Below, in pieces: positions 1 through 14,339 of a stretch of 64,000 nucleotides of DNA. The translations under genes were made by a program, and so were the position numbers. Position 1 is the first letter of the stretch. Every line of letters begins with the position of its first letter. Location: contig NC_092377.1 in assembly GCF_030028105.1 (NCBI RefSeq), positions 3,973,079 through 4,037,078 of the forward strand. The letters run 5' to 3'. Origin of the DNA: Mobula birostris (taxonomy: Eukaryota). A model generated the notes under the pieces. It was not told the origin of the DNA. It saw only the letters and a list, made by a program, of their open reading frames with translations, and made no database searches.

Positions 1-2275
1 AAAACAGAAGTAGAAGAAATAACCTACGAATTCTGGGTCTTGAAGAGTTAATGGAAGGTGATCATCCTACTGAATTCTTTGCAAGCTTTTTGGTACAATT
101 ATTTCCTAAAATCTTACTGTCTGCACCTATGATCCATCGAGCTCATAGATCGCCTGTGCCTAGACCTCCTCCGGGAGCCAAACCCAGTTCAGTTATAATT
201 TGTTTTTATCAATTTCAAACAAAGGAATGTTTAATTTGTGAATCTCGTCGAAGAGGAATGATTGATTACAAGAGTCAGAAGATTAGATTGTCGAAGAATT
301 TTCACCTGAGGTCATGAATGAGCATGCTAAATTCGAAGAGGTTATGTTGAAACTTTTAAACAAAGGTTTAAAGCCGTCTCTTCATTATCCTGCTCGTCCT
401 AGAATCACTCTGCAAGATGGTGCTGAAGAATGGTTTCGCTCGAGTGAAGAAGCCCAGGAGTTCTTAAAAACAATGGATTGACTGTTTAGTATCTTGCTAT
501 ATGAATAATTGCTTCTCTTACTTTTGGTGAACCTTCGCAGCTAAACTTCCTTGTGATTTAAATGCTTTATTTAGAGAATAAGATTTTACTGGGTTAGTAC
601 CGAGTGTGATTATATGTTATGAATTTTGATAAGTTTTTTATTATTTTATACACTTTTTTCAAGGTTTTTTAAAAATCAAAATGGCTTAGTTTGGGTATTT
701 TTCATTCTATTGTTTTGAAACTGTAATAATTAATCTATTTGTGTTCTTGTTATGAGGGTTAAGTTGTTTTTTGGCTGTTATTTAGTCTAGCTTGGAATAC
801 ACTTGACCTTAGAATTAATTTGGAGTCAAATTCAGCAGGTTGTTTTGGGAAGGTGATGTCATTAGCTGTAGCTGCCAGCTTCCTTTTTGGCTGGCCTTCT
901 GACTTTGGGAGGGGAGTGGGGTGTCTCTTTCTGGGAGCTGTTTTGGGTTGTTAGCCAAATCTGTTGCTTGGTTACCCCATTTCAAGGCTTATTGTTTGGT
1001 TTTAATGTTCATTTTATGGATTATTACTTTAATTTCTCTATTAAATAGTATTAATGATGGGTTATACTATTTACGTACTCAGTCTTAACGTGAAAGGATT
1101 AAATCACCCTGTGAAGCGGAATAAGATTTTTGCCTATTTTAAAAAACGTAAGGCCCCAATTATTATTATTATTTTTTTTTTTACAAGAAACACATGTATG
1201 TAATTGTGACAACTTACATCTTTTCAGTTGATGAAATGGACAACATTTTTACTCCCCGTTCCAGGCTAAGTCTCGGGGAGTTTCAATCTTTATGGTTAAT
1301 ACAGTTCCCTTTGTCCAACATAAAGTAGTGTCTGATACTAATGGGAGTTTTGTCATGGTGTCAGGAAAATTAGATAATAAATTAATGGTATTTGCCAATC
1401 TGTGTGCTCTGAATACCGATGATCCAGGATTTTTTAGCGTTTTTCTGTTTCTGCCAGATTTGAACCTTTACTCATTTTAATTGCTGGTTAGATCCAGTTT
1501 TAGATGGGTCATCCTTTAAAAGAGTGTTCACCTAATAAATCAGCTTTGTTTATTTAATCTTTTTTAATGTAATGTGGTATTGTTGATGTATGGAGTTTCT
1601 TAAATCCACCAGATAGGGAGTATTCATTTTTTTCTCATGTCCATCATATGTCTTACAGGATTGATTAATTTTTTTATGGATAGTCAAATGATTCCTTTAG
1701 TTTGATCCTGTGAATATAAAGAAATTGCTGTTTCAGATCATGCTCCGGTGTTTTTATCTTTGAATCTCTCTGGTCTTCCTCAGATAAACAGATCTTGGCA
1801 TTTTAATTTAACTTTGTTATCTGATAAAGATTTCTTAAAATTTCTGGAGAGACAAATTATTCTTTTTTTTTTGAAGAGAATACTTCGGAAGAGCCTGCTA
1901 GTCTTATTAGATGGGGTGCCTTTAAGGTTTTTATTAGAGGTCAAATTATTTCCCATACTGCAAGTGTCAAGAAAAAAAGCTAATAAAGAGAGAATTGAGT
2001 TAGCTAATCAGTTAAAACAATTAGACCAAAAATATGCCTTGACTCCAGATCCTGCTTTATACAAAAGGCTTGTTGAAAATCAAACTAAATATGATCTTCT
2101 TTTAACATATCTAATTGAAACTCAACTTTTAAAAGATAAAAGTCAATCTTATATTCACAGAGACAAAACAGGTAAATTATTGGCTAACCAATTGAAAACC
2201 TTTATAGCTAAATGGCAAATTAAAGAAATTTGTAAAGCCAATGATGATAGGACAACTGACCATTTAGAAATAAAC

Positions 2276-2777
2276 AACACACATCAAAGTTGCTGGTGAA
2301 TGCAGCAGGCCAGGCAGCATCTCTAGGAAGAGGTGCAGTCGACGTTTCAGGCCAAGACCCTTCGTCAGGACAACCAAAAGAAGAGTTAGTAAGAGATTTG
2401 AAAGTGGGAGGGGGAGGGGGAGATCCAAAATGATAGGAGAAGACAGGAGAGGGAGGGATGGAGCCAAGAGCTGGACAGGTGATTGGCAAAGGGGATATGA
2501 GAGGATCATGGGACAGGAGGTCCGGGGAGAAAGACGGGGGGGGGGAGGGGGGAAACCCAGAGGATGGGCAAGGGGTGTAGTCAGAGGGACAGAGGGAGAA
2601 GAAGGAGAGTGAGAGAAAGAATATGTGTATATAAATAAATAACGGATGGGGTACGAGGGGGAGGTGGGGCATTACCGGAAATTAGAGAACTCAATGTTCA
2701 TTATAAAAATAAATAACGGATGGGGTACATGTGTGTTGCTTGAATTTCCAGCATCTGCAGAATTCCTGTTGTTTGCG
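2276..2777 (-). mobile_element. Penelope-like pLTR fragment inserted in the L1, with an inverted terminal piece and a 14-bp TSD
   Basis: Near-identical to the 17250-17700 end of the Penelope-like element; flanked by ATTTAGAAATAAAC at 2262-2275 and 2778-2791; the last ~50 bp are the element terminus in the opposite orientation. Confidence 0.85.
2336..2373 (-). ncRNA. Minimal type I hammerhead ribozyme motif (Penelope-type)
   Basis: Minus strand GUC-CUGACGA-A-GGGU CUUG GCCU-GAAAC-GUC-GACUG; short helix I (3 bp). Confidence 0.6.
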
Positions 2778-3382
2778 ATTTAGAAATAAACGATATTTTT
2801 AAAGAATTTTATTCTAAACTTTATAGTTCTGACCCTCCTAAAGATAAAACTGTAATGAATGATTTTTTAGACCAAATAAACATTCCCACACTTTCTGTTG
2901 ATAACCAAAAACAGTTGGATCAACCTATTTCATTTGAGGAAATTGCCAAGGCTGTACGCTCATTGCACTCGGGTAAGGCTCTGGGTCTTGATGGATTTCT
3001 GCAGAATTTTGTAAGGCTTTTTCCTCAATGCTTATACCTCATTGATGTGCAGTTTTTACAGACATCTTTAAGTTGGGTAGGTTGCCACAATCTTTACATG
3101 AAGCTTCTATTTCGCTTATTCTTAAAAAGAATAAAAATCCAACTGAAGTGCTCTTCTTACAGACCAATCTCTTTACTTAATGTTGATACTAAAATCCTAC
3201 CTGAAGTTCTGGCCCGTAGAATTGAAAATATCTTACCATCTATCATTTCTAATGATCAGATGGGATTTATTAAAAATCGATATTCCCACTTTAATATTCA
3301 TCATTTATTAAACGTTGTTTATTCCCCTTCTAAGGAGATATCAGAATGTGTGATTTCTTTGGACGCTGAGAAGGCTTTTGAA

Positions 3383-3748
3383 CATAGAACATATAACATA
3401 GAATAGTACAGCACAGTATAAGCCCTTCGGCCCACAATGTTGTGCCAACCCTTAAACCTACCTCCCATATAACCACCCAGCTTAAATTCCTCCATATGCC
3501 TGTCTAGCAGTCTCCTAAATTTCACTAGTGTATCTGCCTCCACCACTGACTCAGGCGGTGCACTCCACGTACCAACCACTCTCTGACTAAAAAACCTTCC
3601 TCTAATATCCCCCTTGAACTTCCCACCCCTTACCTTAAAGCCATGTCCTCTTGTACTGAGCAGTGGTGCCCTGGGGGAGAGGCACTGGCTGTCCACTCTA
3701 TCTATTCCTCTTAATATCTTGTGTACCTCTATCATGTCTCCTCTAAAT
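3383..3748 (-). mobile_element. CR1 LINE 3' end inserted into the L1 RT motif
   Basis: ORF 3319-3735 encodes the CR1 RT C-terminus (FKVRGGKFKGDIRGRFFSQRVV); (CATAGAA)n tail; splits L1 AEKAFD|RVEW with TTTTGA duplicated on both sides. Confidence 0.9.
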
Positions 3749-6029
3749 CTTTTGATCAGGTTGAATGGATTTATGTATTTAAAACTTTAAAAAAAATAAT
3801 TTTGGGCCCTATTTTATTCAATGGATAAAATTACTTTATCTATCTCCTTCTGCTAGGGTCCTTACCAATTTTCAGTCTTCCAAAACTTTTAAACTTCAAC
3901 GTGGAAATAGACAAGGTTGTCCCCTGAGCCCTTTGCTCTTTGACTTGGCTTTAGAACCCTTAGCCACTGCTTTTGGAGAATCTAATGATATTACTGGTAT
4001 TTGAAGGAGAGGGACTGTTCATAAAGTTTCTCATTATACTGATGACTTATTGCTTTTTATTTCTAATGTCAAGACTTCATTACCTCCTATGCTTTCTCTA
4101 CTTTCTTGTTTCAGCCAGTTTTCAGGATACAAATTGAATTTACATAAGAGTGAACTTTTTCCTCTGAATAATTTGTTATCAATTAAGACTAACCTTCCTT
4201 TTAAAATTGTGAGAAATTTATTTACCTATTTGGGTGTAACAATTACCAAGAATTATAAATATCTATTTAATGAAAATGTTCTTATCTTACTGAATTTTGT
4301 AAAAAGGACACTATCAAACTGGTCGCCTTTTTCGTTATCCTTGATTGGCTGAATTAGCTCTATTAAAATGAATATTTTACCTAAATTTATATACCTTTTT
4401 CAGGCATTCCCTGTTTTTATTCCTAAATCTTCTTTTGATTCTCTCGATTCTATTATATCTTCTTATATATGGAAAAACAAACATTCTCGACTAAATAAAG
4501 TTCATCTTCAAAAATCTAAAAAGAATGGAGGTTTAGCTTTACCAAATTTTAGGTTTTATTATTGGGCAGTTAATATTTGAAATCTTACATTTTGGACATA
4601 TTATATTAACCATGAGGACTGTCTGATATGGGTTTCTTTAGAAGCTAACTCTGTTAATAAATTTCCTGTTATTTCTCTTCTCGGATCCTTTAGTAAACTA
4701 ACTGAAAATTTGGTAGTTAAACATACTTTGAGTATCTGGGTACAATTTAGGAAATTCTTTGATCTATTGAGATTTTCTTTGTCTAGTCCCATTTGTTCTA
4801 TTTTTTTTAAACCTTCGATGACTGATTCAGTTTTTAAAGAATGGGATAGATTGGGTATTAAATGCTTCCAGGATTTGTGTGTGGAGAAAATCTTCTTCCA
4901 TTTGAGCAAATGTCAGCTAAATATAGTTTACCCAAAACTCACTTTTTTTGTTATTTACAAATTAGAGGCTTTCTGCATTCTCAATTATATATATTTCCTA
5001 TAAGTTCTGATAAGGACTTATTAGATGCAATTTTTAATTTGAAACCTTTTTATAATGGTTCAATATCCAATATTTATGGTATGTTGCTAGGGATGAGAAA
5101 TGTTCCTATAGACAAAATTAAAAATCTTTGGGAACAAGATTTACAGACTTCAATCTCTGAGGAAACTTGGAATGAAATTTTTAAATTGGTGAACACTTAA
5201 TCATTAAGTGCCCGTTATTCCCTCTTACAATTTAAAGTGGTTGATAGGGCTCACATGTCTAAAGGTAAGCTATTTCATTTTTATTCAGATATATCTCTTT
5301 TCTGTGATAGATGTAATAATGGAGAAGCTTAATTCACATGTTTTGGACATGTGCGAGACTTGAAAGATATTGGAAGGAAGTATTCCAAACTTTCTCGGTA
5401 CTTTTCAAGGTAAATTTTAAGCCCAACCTTTTGGCCGCATTATTTGGTATTGTTGGAGGAAAAGACTTTATTTTGGAGACACCTGATTTGCATATTTTGG
5501 CCGTTATCTCTCTTATAGCTCGGAGGGTGCTCTTGCTTAAATGGAAGGATGTTGTTCCGCCTACTCATGCTCAATGGTTACGTGATGTTATGTCATGCTT
5601 AAGTTTAGAGAAGGTCCGTTGTTCAGTTTTTGAATCTAGCCAAAACATTTATACATTACGGGGACCATTTTTGAGTTATTTTCAAAACCTTTGGTTTGTT
5701 GTAAAAGTACAGATGGTGGCTAATAATATATTTTATTATATGATAAGGGTTTTTTCCCTTTTTTTCTTGCTTTTCCTAACTGCTCTGACTTTGGTAGTGG
5801 ATTTAGATTTTTTTTTCTGTATAACAAAATTATTATATTTCAATATTATGATTTAATTTATTTTTTATGAATACAGGGTTTTGAGATTGTAACTATTTTT
5901 AATACAATGTATTTGGTTCCATTTTAGTTTTTCTTTTGACTTATAATATATATCTTGTACTCTGTATGCAGAAACTAATAAAAATATTGAAAGAGAAAAA
6001 AAAATATATAGATACATACATAACAGCCT

Positions 6030-7510
6030 GGCCTTCGCAGCCACATGTGACAAAGAATTCCACAGATTCACCACTCTCTCACAAAAGGAGTTCCAGAAGA
6101 TCATAAGAGATAGGAGCAGGATTAGGCCATTTCACCCATTGAGTCTGCTCCACCATTTCATCATGGCTGATCTTTTTTCCAATCCTCAGCCCCATTTCCT
6201 GGCCATCTCCCTGAAACCTTCGATGCTCTGTCCAATCAAGAACCAATCAATCTCTGCCTTAAATACACCGAACGACCTGTCTCCATGCTGCCAGTGGTAA
6301 CAAATTCCATAAACACACCACCCTCTGGCTGAAGAAATTTCTCCGCATCTCTGTTTTAAACAATCGCCTCTTTATCTTGAGGCTGTGCCCTTTTGTCTTA
6401 GACTCCCGCACCATGGGAAACATCCTTTGCACATCTATTCTGTCGAGGCCTTTCAATATTCGAAAGGTTTCAATGAGGTCCCCCTTCATCCTTCTAAATT
6501 CCAGCAAGTACAGACCTAGATCTATCAAACATTTCTCATATGATAAGACTTTCATTCCCGGAGTCATCCATGTGAACCTCCTCTGAACCCTCTCTAATGC
6601 CAGCACATCTTTCCAAGATGAGGAGTGCAAAACGGTTCAAAATACTCCAGGTGAGCCCTCACCAGTGCCTTATAAAGCCTTAGCATAACACCTCTGCTCT
6701 TGTATCCTAGACCACTTGCAAAGAATGCTAACATTGCATTTGCCTTCCTCACCACCGACTCTACCTGCAAGATAACATTCAGAGTGTTCTGCATAAGGTC
6801 TCCCAAGTCGCTTTGCATCTCAGAATTTTGGACTTTCTCCCTGTTTGCATTTATTTCTACTAGCAAAATGCGTGACCATGCATTTTCCAACATTGCATTT
6901 CATTTGCCACTCTTGCCCATTCTCCTAATCTGACTAACTCCTTCTGCAGCCTACCTTATTCCTCGACACTTGCTGCCCCTCCACCAACCTTCATATCATC
7001 TACAAACTTAGCAACAAAGTCGTCTATTCCATCATCTAAATCATTGATATACAGCATAAAAAGAAGTGGTCCCAACACCGACCCCTGCAGAACACCACTA
7101 GTACTGGCAGCCAACTGAAGGATCCTTTTATGCCCACTTGCTGCCTCCTACCAATCAGCCAATGCTCTAACCATGTTAGTAACTTTCCTGTAATACTATG
7201 GGCTCTTAACTTGGTAAGCAGCCTCACGTGTGGCACTTTGTCAAAGGCTTTTTGAATGTCCAAATATACAACATCCACAGCATCCCCTTTATCTATCCTA
7301 CTTATTATCTCCTCTGCAAATTTCATCAGATTCATCAGCTATGATTTTCCCTGAAGGAAGCCATGCTGATTTTGTAGTATTTTCTCCTGTGTCATCAAGT
7401 ACTCTATAACCTCATCCTTAATAATCGACTCCAACACCTTCCCAACCACTGAGGTCAGACAAACTGGTCTATAATTTTCTTTCTGCTGCCTTCCTCCTTT
7501 GTTAAAGAGT
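6030..7510 (-). mobile_element. Degenerate CR1 LINE RT fragments
   Basis: Minus-strand ORFs with YRPVCLTSVVGK, DIQKAFDKVPH, LERVQRRFT, RRNFFSQRVV. Confidence 0.85.
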
Positions 7511-7520
7511 GATCCTAGGA

Positions 7521-9360
7521 CATAGAACATAGAAATTTATAGCACATTACAGGCCCTTTGGCACGCAATGTCGTGCCAACAATGTAACCTAATCTAGAGA
7601 CTGCCTAGAATTTCCCTAGTGCATAGTTCTTTATTTTTCTAAGCTCCATGTACCTATCTAAGAGGCTCTTAAAAGACTCCTATTGCATCTGCCTCCACCA
7701 CCGTCGCTGGCAGTGCAATCCATGTACCCACCACTCTCTGTGTGAAAAACTTACCTCTGACATCCCCTTGCAGTAGCTATTTCCAAGCACATGAAAACTA
7801 TCCCCCTCGTGTTATCCATTTCAGCCCTGGGAAAAAGCCTCTGGCTATCAACACGATCAATGCCCCTCATCACCTTACACACCACTTTCAGGTCACCTCT
7901 CATCCTCCGACGCTCCAAAGAGAAAAGGCGAAGGACACTCAACCTTCTCTCATAAGGTACACCCTCAAATCTAGGCAACATCCTTGTAAATCTTTTCTAC
8001 ATTCTCTCTATGGTATCCACATGCTTCCTGTAGTGAGGTGACCAGAACTGAACACAGTTCTCCAAGTGGGGTCTGACCAAGGTCTTATATAGCTGTAACA
8101 ATACCTCATGGCTCTTGAACTCAATCCCATGATTGATGAAGACCAACACACCATACACCTTCTTAACAACACTGTCAATCTGCACAGCAACTTTTAGTGT
8201 CCTATCAGTAAGGACCCCAAGATCTCTTAGATCCTTCACACTGCCAGGAGTCTTACTATTAATATTATATTCTGTCTTCAAATTGGACCTACCAAAATGA
8301 ACTACTTCACACTTAACTGGGTTGAAGTCCATCTGCCACTTCTCAGCCCAGTTTTGCATCCTATTGATGTCCCACTGTAACCTCTGACTACCCTCCAGAC
8401 TATCCTCAACATCTCCAACCTTTGTGTCATTAGAAAACTTACTAACCCAACCTTCTACTTCTTCATCTCCAAAGGTGGGGAGTGGGTCCTGGAACAGATC
8501 CCCACAGAACGCTACTGATCACCAACCTCCACGCAGAATATGAACCAGCTACAACCACTCTTTGCCTTCTATGGGCAAGCCAATTCTGGATCCACAAAGC
8601 AAGGTCTCCTTGTATCCCATGCCTCCTTACTTTCTGAAGGAACCCTGCATAAGGAACCGTATCAAATGCCTTACTGAAATCCATATACCTTTCATCCACT
8701 GCTCTACCTTCTTCAATGTGTTTTGTTGCACCCTCAAAGAATTCAATCAGGCTTGTAAGGTATGACCTGCCCTTAACAAATTCATGCTGACTATCCCTAA
8801 TCAGAGTATGTCTCTCCAAATGCTCATAAATCCTGTCTTTCAGAATCCTCTCCAACAACTTGCCCACCAATGAAGTCAGACTCACTGGTCTATAATTTCC
8901 TGGGTTATCGCTACTCCTTTTCTTGAACAAAGGATAAACGTTTGCAACCCTCCAATCCTCTGGTACTTCTCCCGTACCTATTGATGATGCAAAGATCATT
9001 GCAAGAGGTTCATTAATCTCCTCCTTTGCCTCCCATAGTAGCCTGGACATATCTCATCCAGTCCTAGTGACTTATCTATGTTAATGCCTTTCAAAAGCTC
9101 CAGCCCATCCACTTTCCTAATGTCTATATGCTCAAGCATTTCAGTCTGCTGGCTGCAATTATGTCCTATCATCTGCCTGCCCTTCCTGACTGTCTGACTG
9201 CACACTATCTTTGCTTTTTTTAACCATCCGTCCTATCCTGAGCCCCTTCAATCTGGTTCCCACTCACTCTGCCAAAGTAGTTTAAACAGCTTTAACAAAC
9301 CTGCCCGCAAGAATATTGGTTCCCCTCAAGTTCGGGTGCAACTTGTCACTTTTCAACAGG
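7521..9360 (-). mobile_element. 5'-truncated degenerate CR1 LINE
   Basis: ORFs 8463-9050, 7997-8359 and 7751-7981 contain CR1 RT motifs; ACATAGAACATAGAA tail at ~7521. Confidence 0.88.
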
Positions 9361-9677
9361 TCATACCTCCCCTAGAAGAGATCTTTAGTATAATGCCCTA
9401 GGTCATATTTTTACTGTTGTGTATTTCATTTTGACAGCTCTGTAAGAGCAGTCTGCTCTGTATTCATGCTTGTTGGGTAACTGTTGAAGATGAGAGAAGG
9501 AAAATATATGCCTTCTAATTATGATGGTCAGATTAAAGGGAGGTTTCTCTGGTGAGGAACACTAAGGTTGGGCTTGGAGGTTTTGTTTGAGAGGAGATGA
9601 AGACAGAAGACTCTGGGGAGAACCAGTCATAACATACGATCCGGTGGGAGACCTGTTTGTCCGAGATGGGTTGCGAA

Positions 9678-12600
9678 CATACATAGAACATAGAATAGTA
9701 CAGCACAGGCCCTTCGGCCCACAATGTTGTGCCAACCCTCAAACCCTGTCTCCCATACAAGCCCCCACCTCAAATTCGTCCATATACCTGTCTAGTAGTC
9801 TCTTAAACTTCACTAGTGTATCTGCCTCCACCACTGACTCAGGCAGTGCATTCCATGCACCAACCACTCTGAGTAAAAAACCTTCCTCTAATATCCCCCT
9901 TGAACTTCCCACCCCTTACCTTAAAGCCATATCCTCTTGTATTGAGCAGTGGTGCCCTGGGGAAGAAGCGCTGGCTTTCCACTCTGTCTATTCCTCTTAT
10001 TATCTTGTACACCTCTATCATGTCTCCTCTCATCCTCCTTTTTTCCAAAGAGTAAAGCCCTAGCTCCCTTAATCTCTGATCATAATGCATACGCTCTAAA
10101 CCAGGCAGCATCCTGGTAAATCTCCTCTGTACCCTTTCCAATGCTTCCACATCCTTCCTATAGTGAGGTGACCAGAACTGGACACATACTCCAAGTGTGG
10201 CCTAACCAGAGTTTTATAGAGCTGCATCATTACATCGTGACTCTTAAACTCTATCCCTCGACTTATGAAAGCTAACACCTCATAAGCTTTCTTAACTACC
10301 CTATCCACCTGTGAGGCAACTTTCAGGGATCTGTGGACAGGTACCCCCAGATCCCTCTGCTCCTCCACACTACCAAGTATCCTGCCATTTACTTTGTACT
10401 CTGCCTTGGAGTTTGTCCTTCCAAAGTGTACCACCTCACACTTCTCCAGGTTGAACTCCATCTGCCACTTCTCAGCCCACTTCTGCATCCTATCAATGTC
10501 TCTCTGCAATCTTTGACAATCCTCTACACTATCTACAACACCACCAACCTTTGTGTCCTCTGCAAACTTGCCAACCCACCCTTCTACCCCCACATCCAGG
10601 TCGTTAATAAAAATCATGAGAAGTAGAGGTCCCAGAACAGATCCTTGTGGGACACCACTAGTCACAATCCTCCAAACTGAATGTACTCCCTCCACCACCA
10701 CCCTCTGCCTTCTGCAGGCAAGCCAATTCTGAATCCACCTGGCCAAACTTCCCTGGATCCCATGCCTTCTAACTTTCTGAATAAGCCTACCGTGTGGAAC
10801 CTTGTCAAATGCCTTACTAAAATCCATATAGATCACATCCACTGCACTACCCTCATCTATATGCCTGGTCACCTCCTCAAGGAACTCTTTCAGGCTTGTT
10901 GGACCCGATCTGCCCTTCACAAAGCCATGCTGACTGTCCCTGATCAGACCATGGTTCTCTAAATGCTTATAGATCCTATCTCTAAGAATCTTTTCCAACA
11001 GCTTTCCCACCACAGACGTAAGGCTCACTGGTCTACAATTACCTGGACTACCCCTACTACCTTTTTTGAACAAGGGAACAACATTCGCCTCCTTCCAATC
11101 CTCCGGTACCATTCCTGTGGACAATAAGGACATAAAGATCCTACCCAGAGGCTCAGCAATCTCTTCTCTCACCTCATGGAGCAGCCTGGAGAATATTCCA
11201 TCAGGCCCCGGGGACTTATCTGTCCTAATGTATTTTAACAACTCCAACACCTCCTCTCCCTTAATATCAGCATGCTCCAGAACATCAACCTCACTCATAT
11301 TGTCCTCACCATCATCAAGTTCCCTCTCACTGGTGAATACCAAAGAGAAGTATTCATTGAGGACCTCGCTCACTTCCATAGTCTCCAGGCACATCTTCCC
11401 ACCTTTATCTCTAATCGGTCCTACCTTCAATCTTGTCATCCTTTTTTCTTCACATAATTGAAGAATGCCTTGGGGTTTTCCTTTACCCTACTCACTAAGG
11501 CCTTCTCATGCCCCCTTCTTGCTCTTCTCAGCCCCTTCTTAAGCTCCTTTCTTGCTTCCCTATATTCCTCAATAGACCCATCTGATCCTTGCTTCCTAAA
11601 CCTCATGTATGCTGCCTTCTTCCTCCTGACTAGATTTTCCACCTCACTTGTCACCCATGGTTCCTTCACCAGTCTTTATCTTTCTCACCGGGACAAATTT
11701 ATCCCTAACATCCTGCAAGAGATCTCTAAACATCGACCACGTGTCCATAGTACATTTCCCTGCAAAAACATCATCCCAATTCACACCCGCAAGTTCTTGC
11801 CTTATAGCCTCATAATTTGCCTTTCCCCAATTAAAAATTTTCCTGTCCTCTTTGAGTCTATCCTTTTCCATGATAATGCTAAAGGCCAGGGAGCGGTGGT
11901 CACTGTCCCCCAGATGCTCACCCACTGAGAGATCTGTGACCTGACCTGGTTCATTACCTAGTACTAGATCTAGTATGGCATTCCCCCTGGTCGGCCTATC
12001 CACATACTGTGACAGGAATCCATCCTGGACACACTTAACAAATTCTGCCCCATCTAAACCCTTGGAACTAATCAGGTGCCAATCAATATTAGGGAGGTTA
12101 AAGTCACCCATGATAACAACCCTGTTATTTTTGCACCTTTCCAAAATCTGCCTCCCAATCTGCTCCTCTGTATCTCTGCTGCTACCAGGGGGCCTATAGA
12201 ATACCCCCAGTAGAGTAACTGCTCCCTTCCTGTTCCTGACTTCCACCCATATTGATTCCAAAGAGGCTCCTGCTACATTACCCACCCTTTCTGTAGCTGT
12301 AATAGTATCCCTGACCAGTAATACCACCCCTCCTCCCCTTTTTCCACCCTCTCTATCCCTTTTAAAGCACTGAAATCCAGGAATATTGAGAATCCATTCC
12401 TGCCCTGGTGCCAGCCAAGTCTCTGTAATGGCCACTACATCATAATTCCATGTATGTATCCAAGCTCTCAGTTCATCACCTTTGTTCCTGATGCTTCTTG
12501 CATTGAGGTACACACATTTCAGCCCTTCTACCTTACTGTCTTTACACCGTTTATTCGGCTTCTCTTTCCTCAAAGCCTCTCTGTATGTTAGATCTGGCTT

Positions 12601-13660
12601 TACTCCATGCACTTCTTTCACTGCTCTATCGCTGTGGGTCCCATCCCCCTTGCAAATTAGTTTAAACCCTCCCGAACCATGCTAGCAAACCTACCTGCAA
12701 GGATATTGCTCCCCCTCGAGTTCAGGTGCAACCCATCCAATCTGTACAGGTCCCACCTTTCCCCAGAAGAGATCCCAATGATCCAAAAATCTAAAACCTT
12801 GCTCCCTGCACCAACTCCTCAGCCACGCGTTCAACTGCCATCTGCTCCAATTCTTACCATCACTGTCACGTAGCACTGGCAGCAATCCTGAGAACGCCAC
12901 CTTTGAGGTCCTGTTCTTCAGCCTTCTGCCTAGTTCCCAAAACTCACACTTCAGGACCTCATCCCTCTTCCTGTCTGAGTCATTGGTCCCAACATGTATC
13001 ATGACTTCTGGTTGCTTTCCCTCTCGTACCAGGATGTCGTGCACCCGGTCAGAGACATCCCAGACCCTAGCACCCGGGAGGCAACAAACCATGCGGGTGT
13101 CCTTCTCACGTCCACAAAGTCTCCTGTCTGCTCCCCTGACTATAGAGTCTCCAATGACGACAGCTCTCCTCTTCTCCGTCCCACCCTCCTGCACCACAGG
13201 GTCAGACTCAGTGCCAGAGGCCCTGCCACTATGGCTCACACCTGGTCGGTCATCCCCACCAACAGTATCCAGGACGGTATACTTATTATTCAGGGGAATG
13301 GCTACAGGGGTGCTCTGCATTACCTGTCTGCTTCCCTTCGCTTTCCCCCCTCTGACTGTCACCCAACGACCCACTTCCGACAGCCTAGGTGTGACTACCT
13401 CCCTGTAGCTCTCATCTATGACTGCCTCATTCTCCCTTATGAGTCAAAGGTCATCCAGCTGCTGCTCCAGATTCCTTACACGGTCTTCCAGATCGCCCAG
13501 CCGCATGCACTTCTGGCAGATGTGACTCTGCAGGAGAGGGGCGTTCCCCCAAGACTGCCATATCTCACATGAGAGGCACATTGCCATCTCAGGAGACATC
13601 GTAAAGACTAACTGCGAGCTAGCTTGTCCTTCACCTCTTCTCATCAAAGCCTCAAAGCTT
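9678..13660 (-). mobile_element. Near-full-length CR1 LINE: ORF1 (Cys motif, coiled coil, SGNH esterase-like) and ORF2 (APE + RT), frameshifted
   Basis: ORF1 pieces 13444-13647 (CLSC..CQKC, LEDRVRNLEQQLDDL) and 12691-13374 (VIGDSIVRG, HVGTND); APE 11644-12621 (YLNARSIRNK, ITETW, GDFN, SDH); RT 10096-11439 (FSKAFDKVPH, GVPQGSVLGPLL); (CATAGAA)n tail. Confidence 0.95.
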
Positions 13661-13971
13661 CACTCCTTCACTGGTCCGTCCATCCATCCATCCACTCACT
13701 CACTCACTGACTGCTTCACTTGAGCTATCCCTCTATTTATCTGTTTGAGCTTTTCAAAATGTTTGGTCACCTGACCTTGACTGCCCAATCAGCTGCTTTC
13801 TGCTGAGTCTGAGCTATTCAAATCTTGATTGTCTAATTAATGGCTTTTTGCTGATCTATTCAAATCTTGATTGACTTGATTGCACAGACCAATTGCCAAA
13901 ACTACCAGAATCTCTCGAGTCAAAGACTCAAAGCTTCACTCCTTCATTGGCCCACTCACGCTCTGGCCGCT

Positions 13972-14322
13972 GATAGAGGTGTACAAGAAAATAAGAGGAA
14001 TAGATAGAGTGGATAGCCAGCGTCTCTTCCCCAGGGCACCACTGCTCAATACAAGAGGACATGGCTTTAAGGTAAGGGGTGGGAAGTTCAAGGGGAATAT
14101 TAGAGGAAGGTTATTTACTCAGAGAGTGGTTGGTGCGTGGAATGCACTGCCTGAGTCAGTGGTGGAGGCAGATACACTAGTGAAGTTTAAGAGACTACTA
14201 GACAGGTATGTGGAGGAATTTAAGGTGGGGGGTTATATGGGAGGCAGGGTTTGAGGGTTGGTACAACACTGTGGGCCAAAGGGCCTGTAATGTGCTGTAC
14301 TATTCTATGTTCTATGTTCTAT
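13972..14322 (+). mobile_element. CR1 LINE 3' end (same young family as 3383-3748 and 9680-10000)
   Basis: IDRVDSQRLFPRAPLLNTRGHGFKVRGGKF; (TTCTATG)n tail. Confidence 0.9.
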
Positions 14323-14339
14323 AATTGAAGCCAGTATTG

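Larger units (their letters stand above)
1..6005 (+). mobile_element. Degenerate L1-clade LINE: ORF1 C-terminus (to ~480), frameshifted ORF2 (~1054-5700; APE, RT, C-terminal Cys region), 3' UTR with polyA signal and A-rich tail
   Basis: SLNVKGLNHPVKR APE start near 1080; YRPISLLNVDTKIL and SLDAEKAF RT motifs (2855-3406 ORF); KNGGLALPNFRFYYWA (4368-4580); HMFWTC (5335); AATAAA at 5977-5982 then an A-run. Many stops and frameshifts. Confidence 0.9.

Noticed and set aside
10333-13572. Long + strand ORFs overlapping the minus-strand CR1 (and similar ORFs antisense to Penelope and other CR1 copies)
   Set aside because: They are antisense shadows of retroelement ORFs with no recognisable domains.
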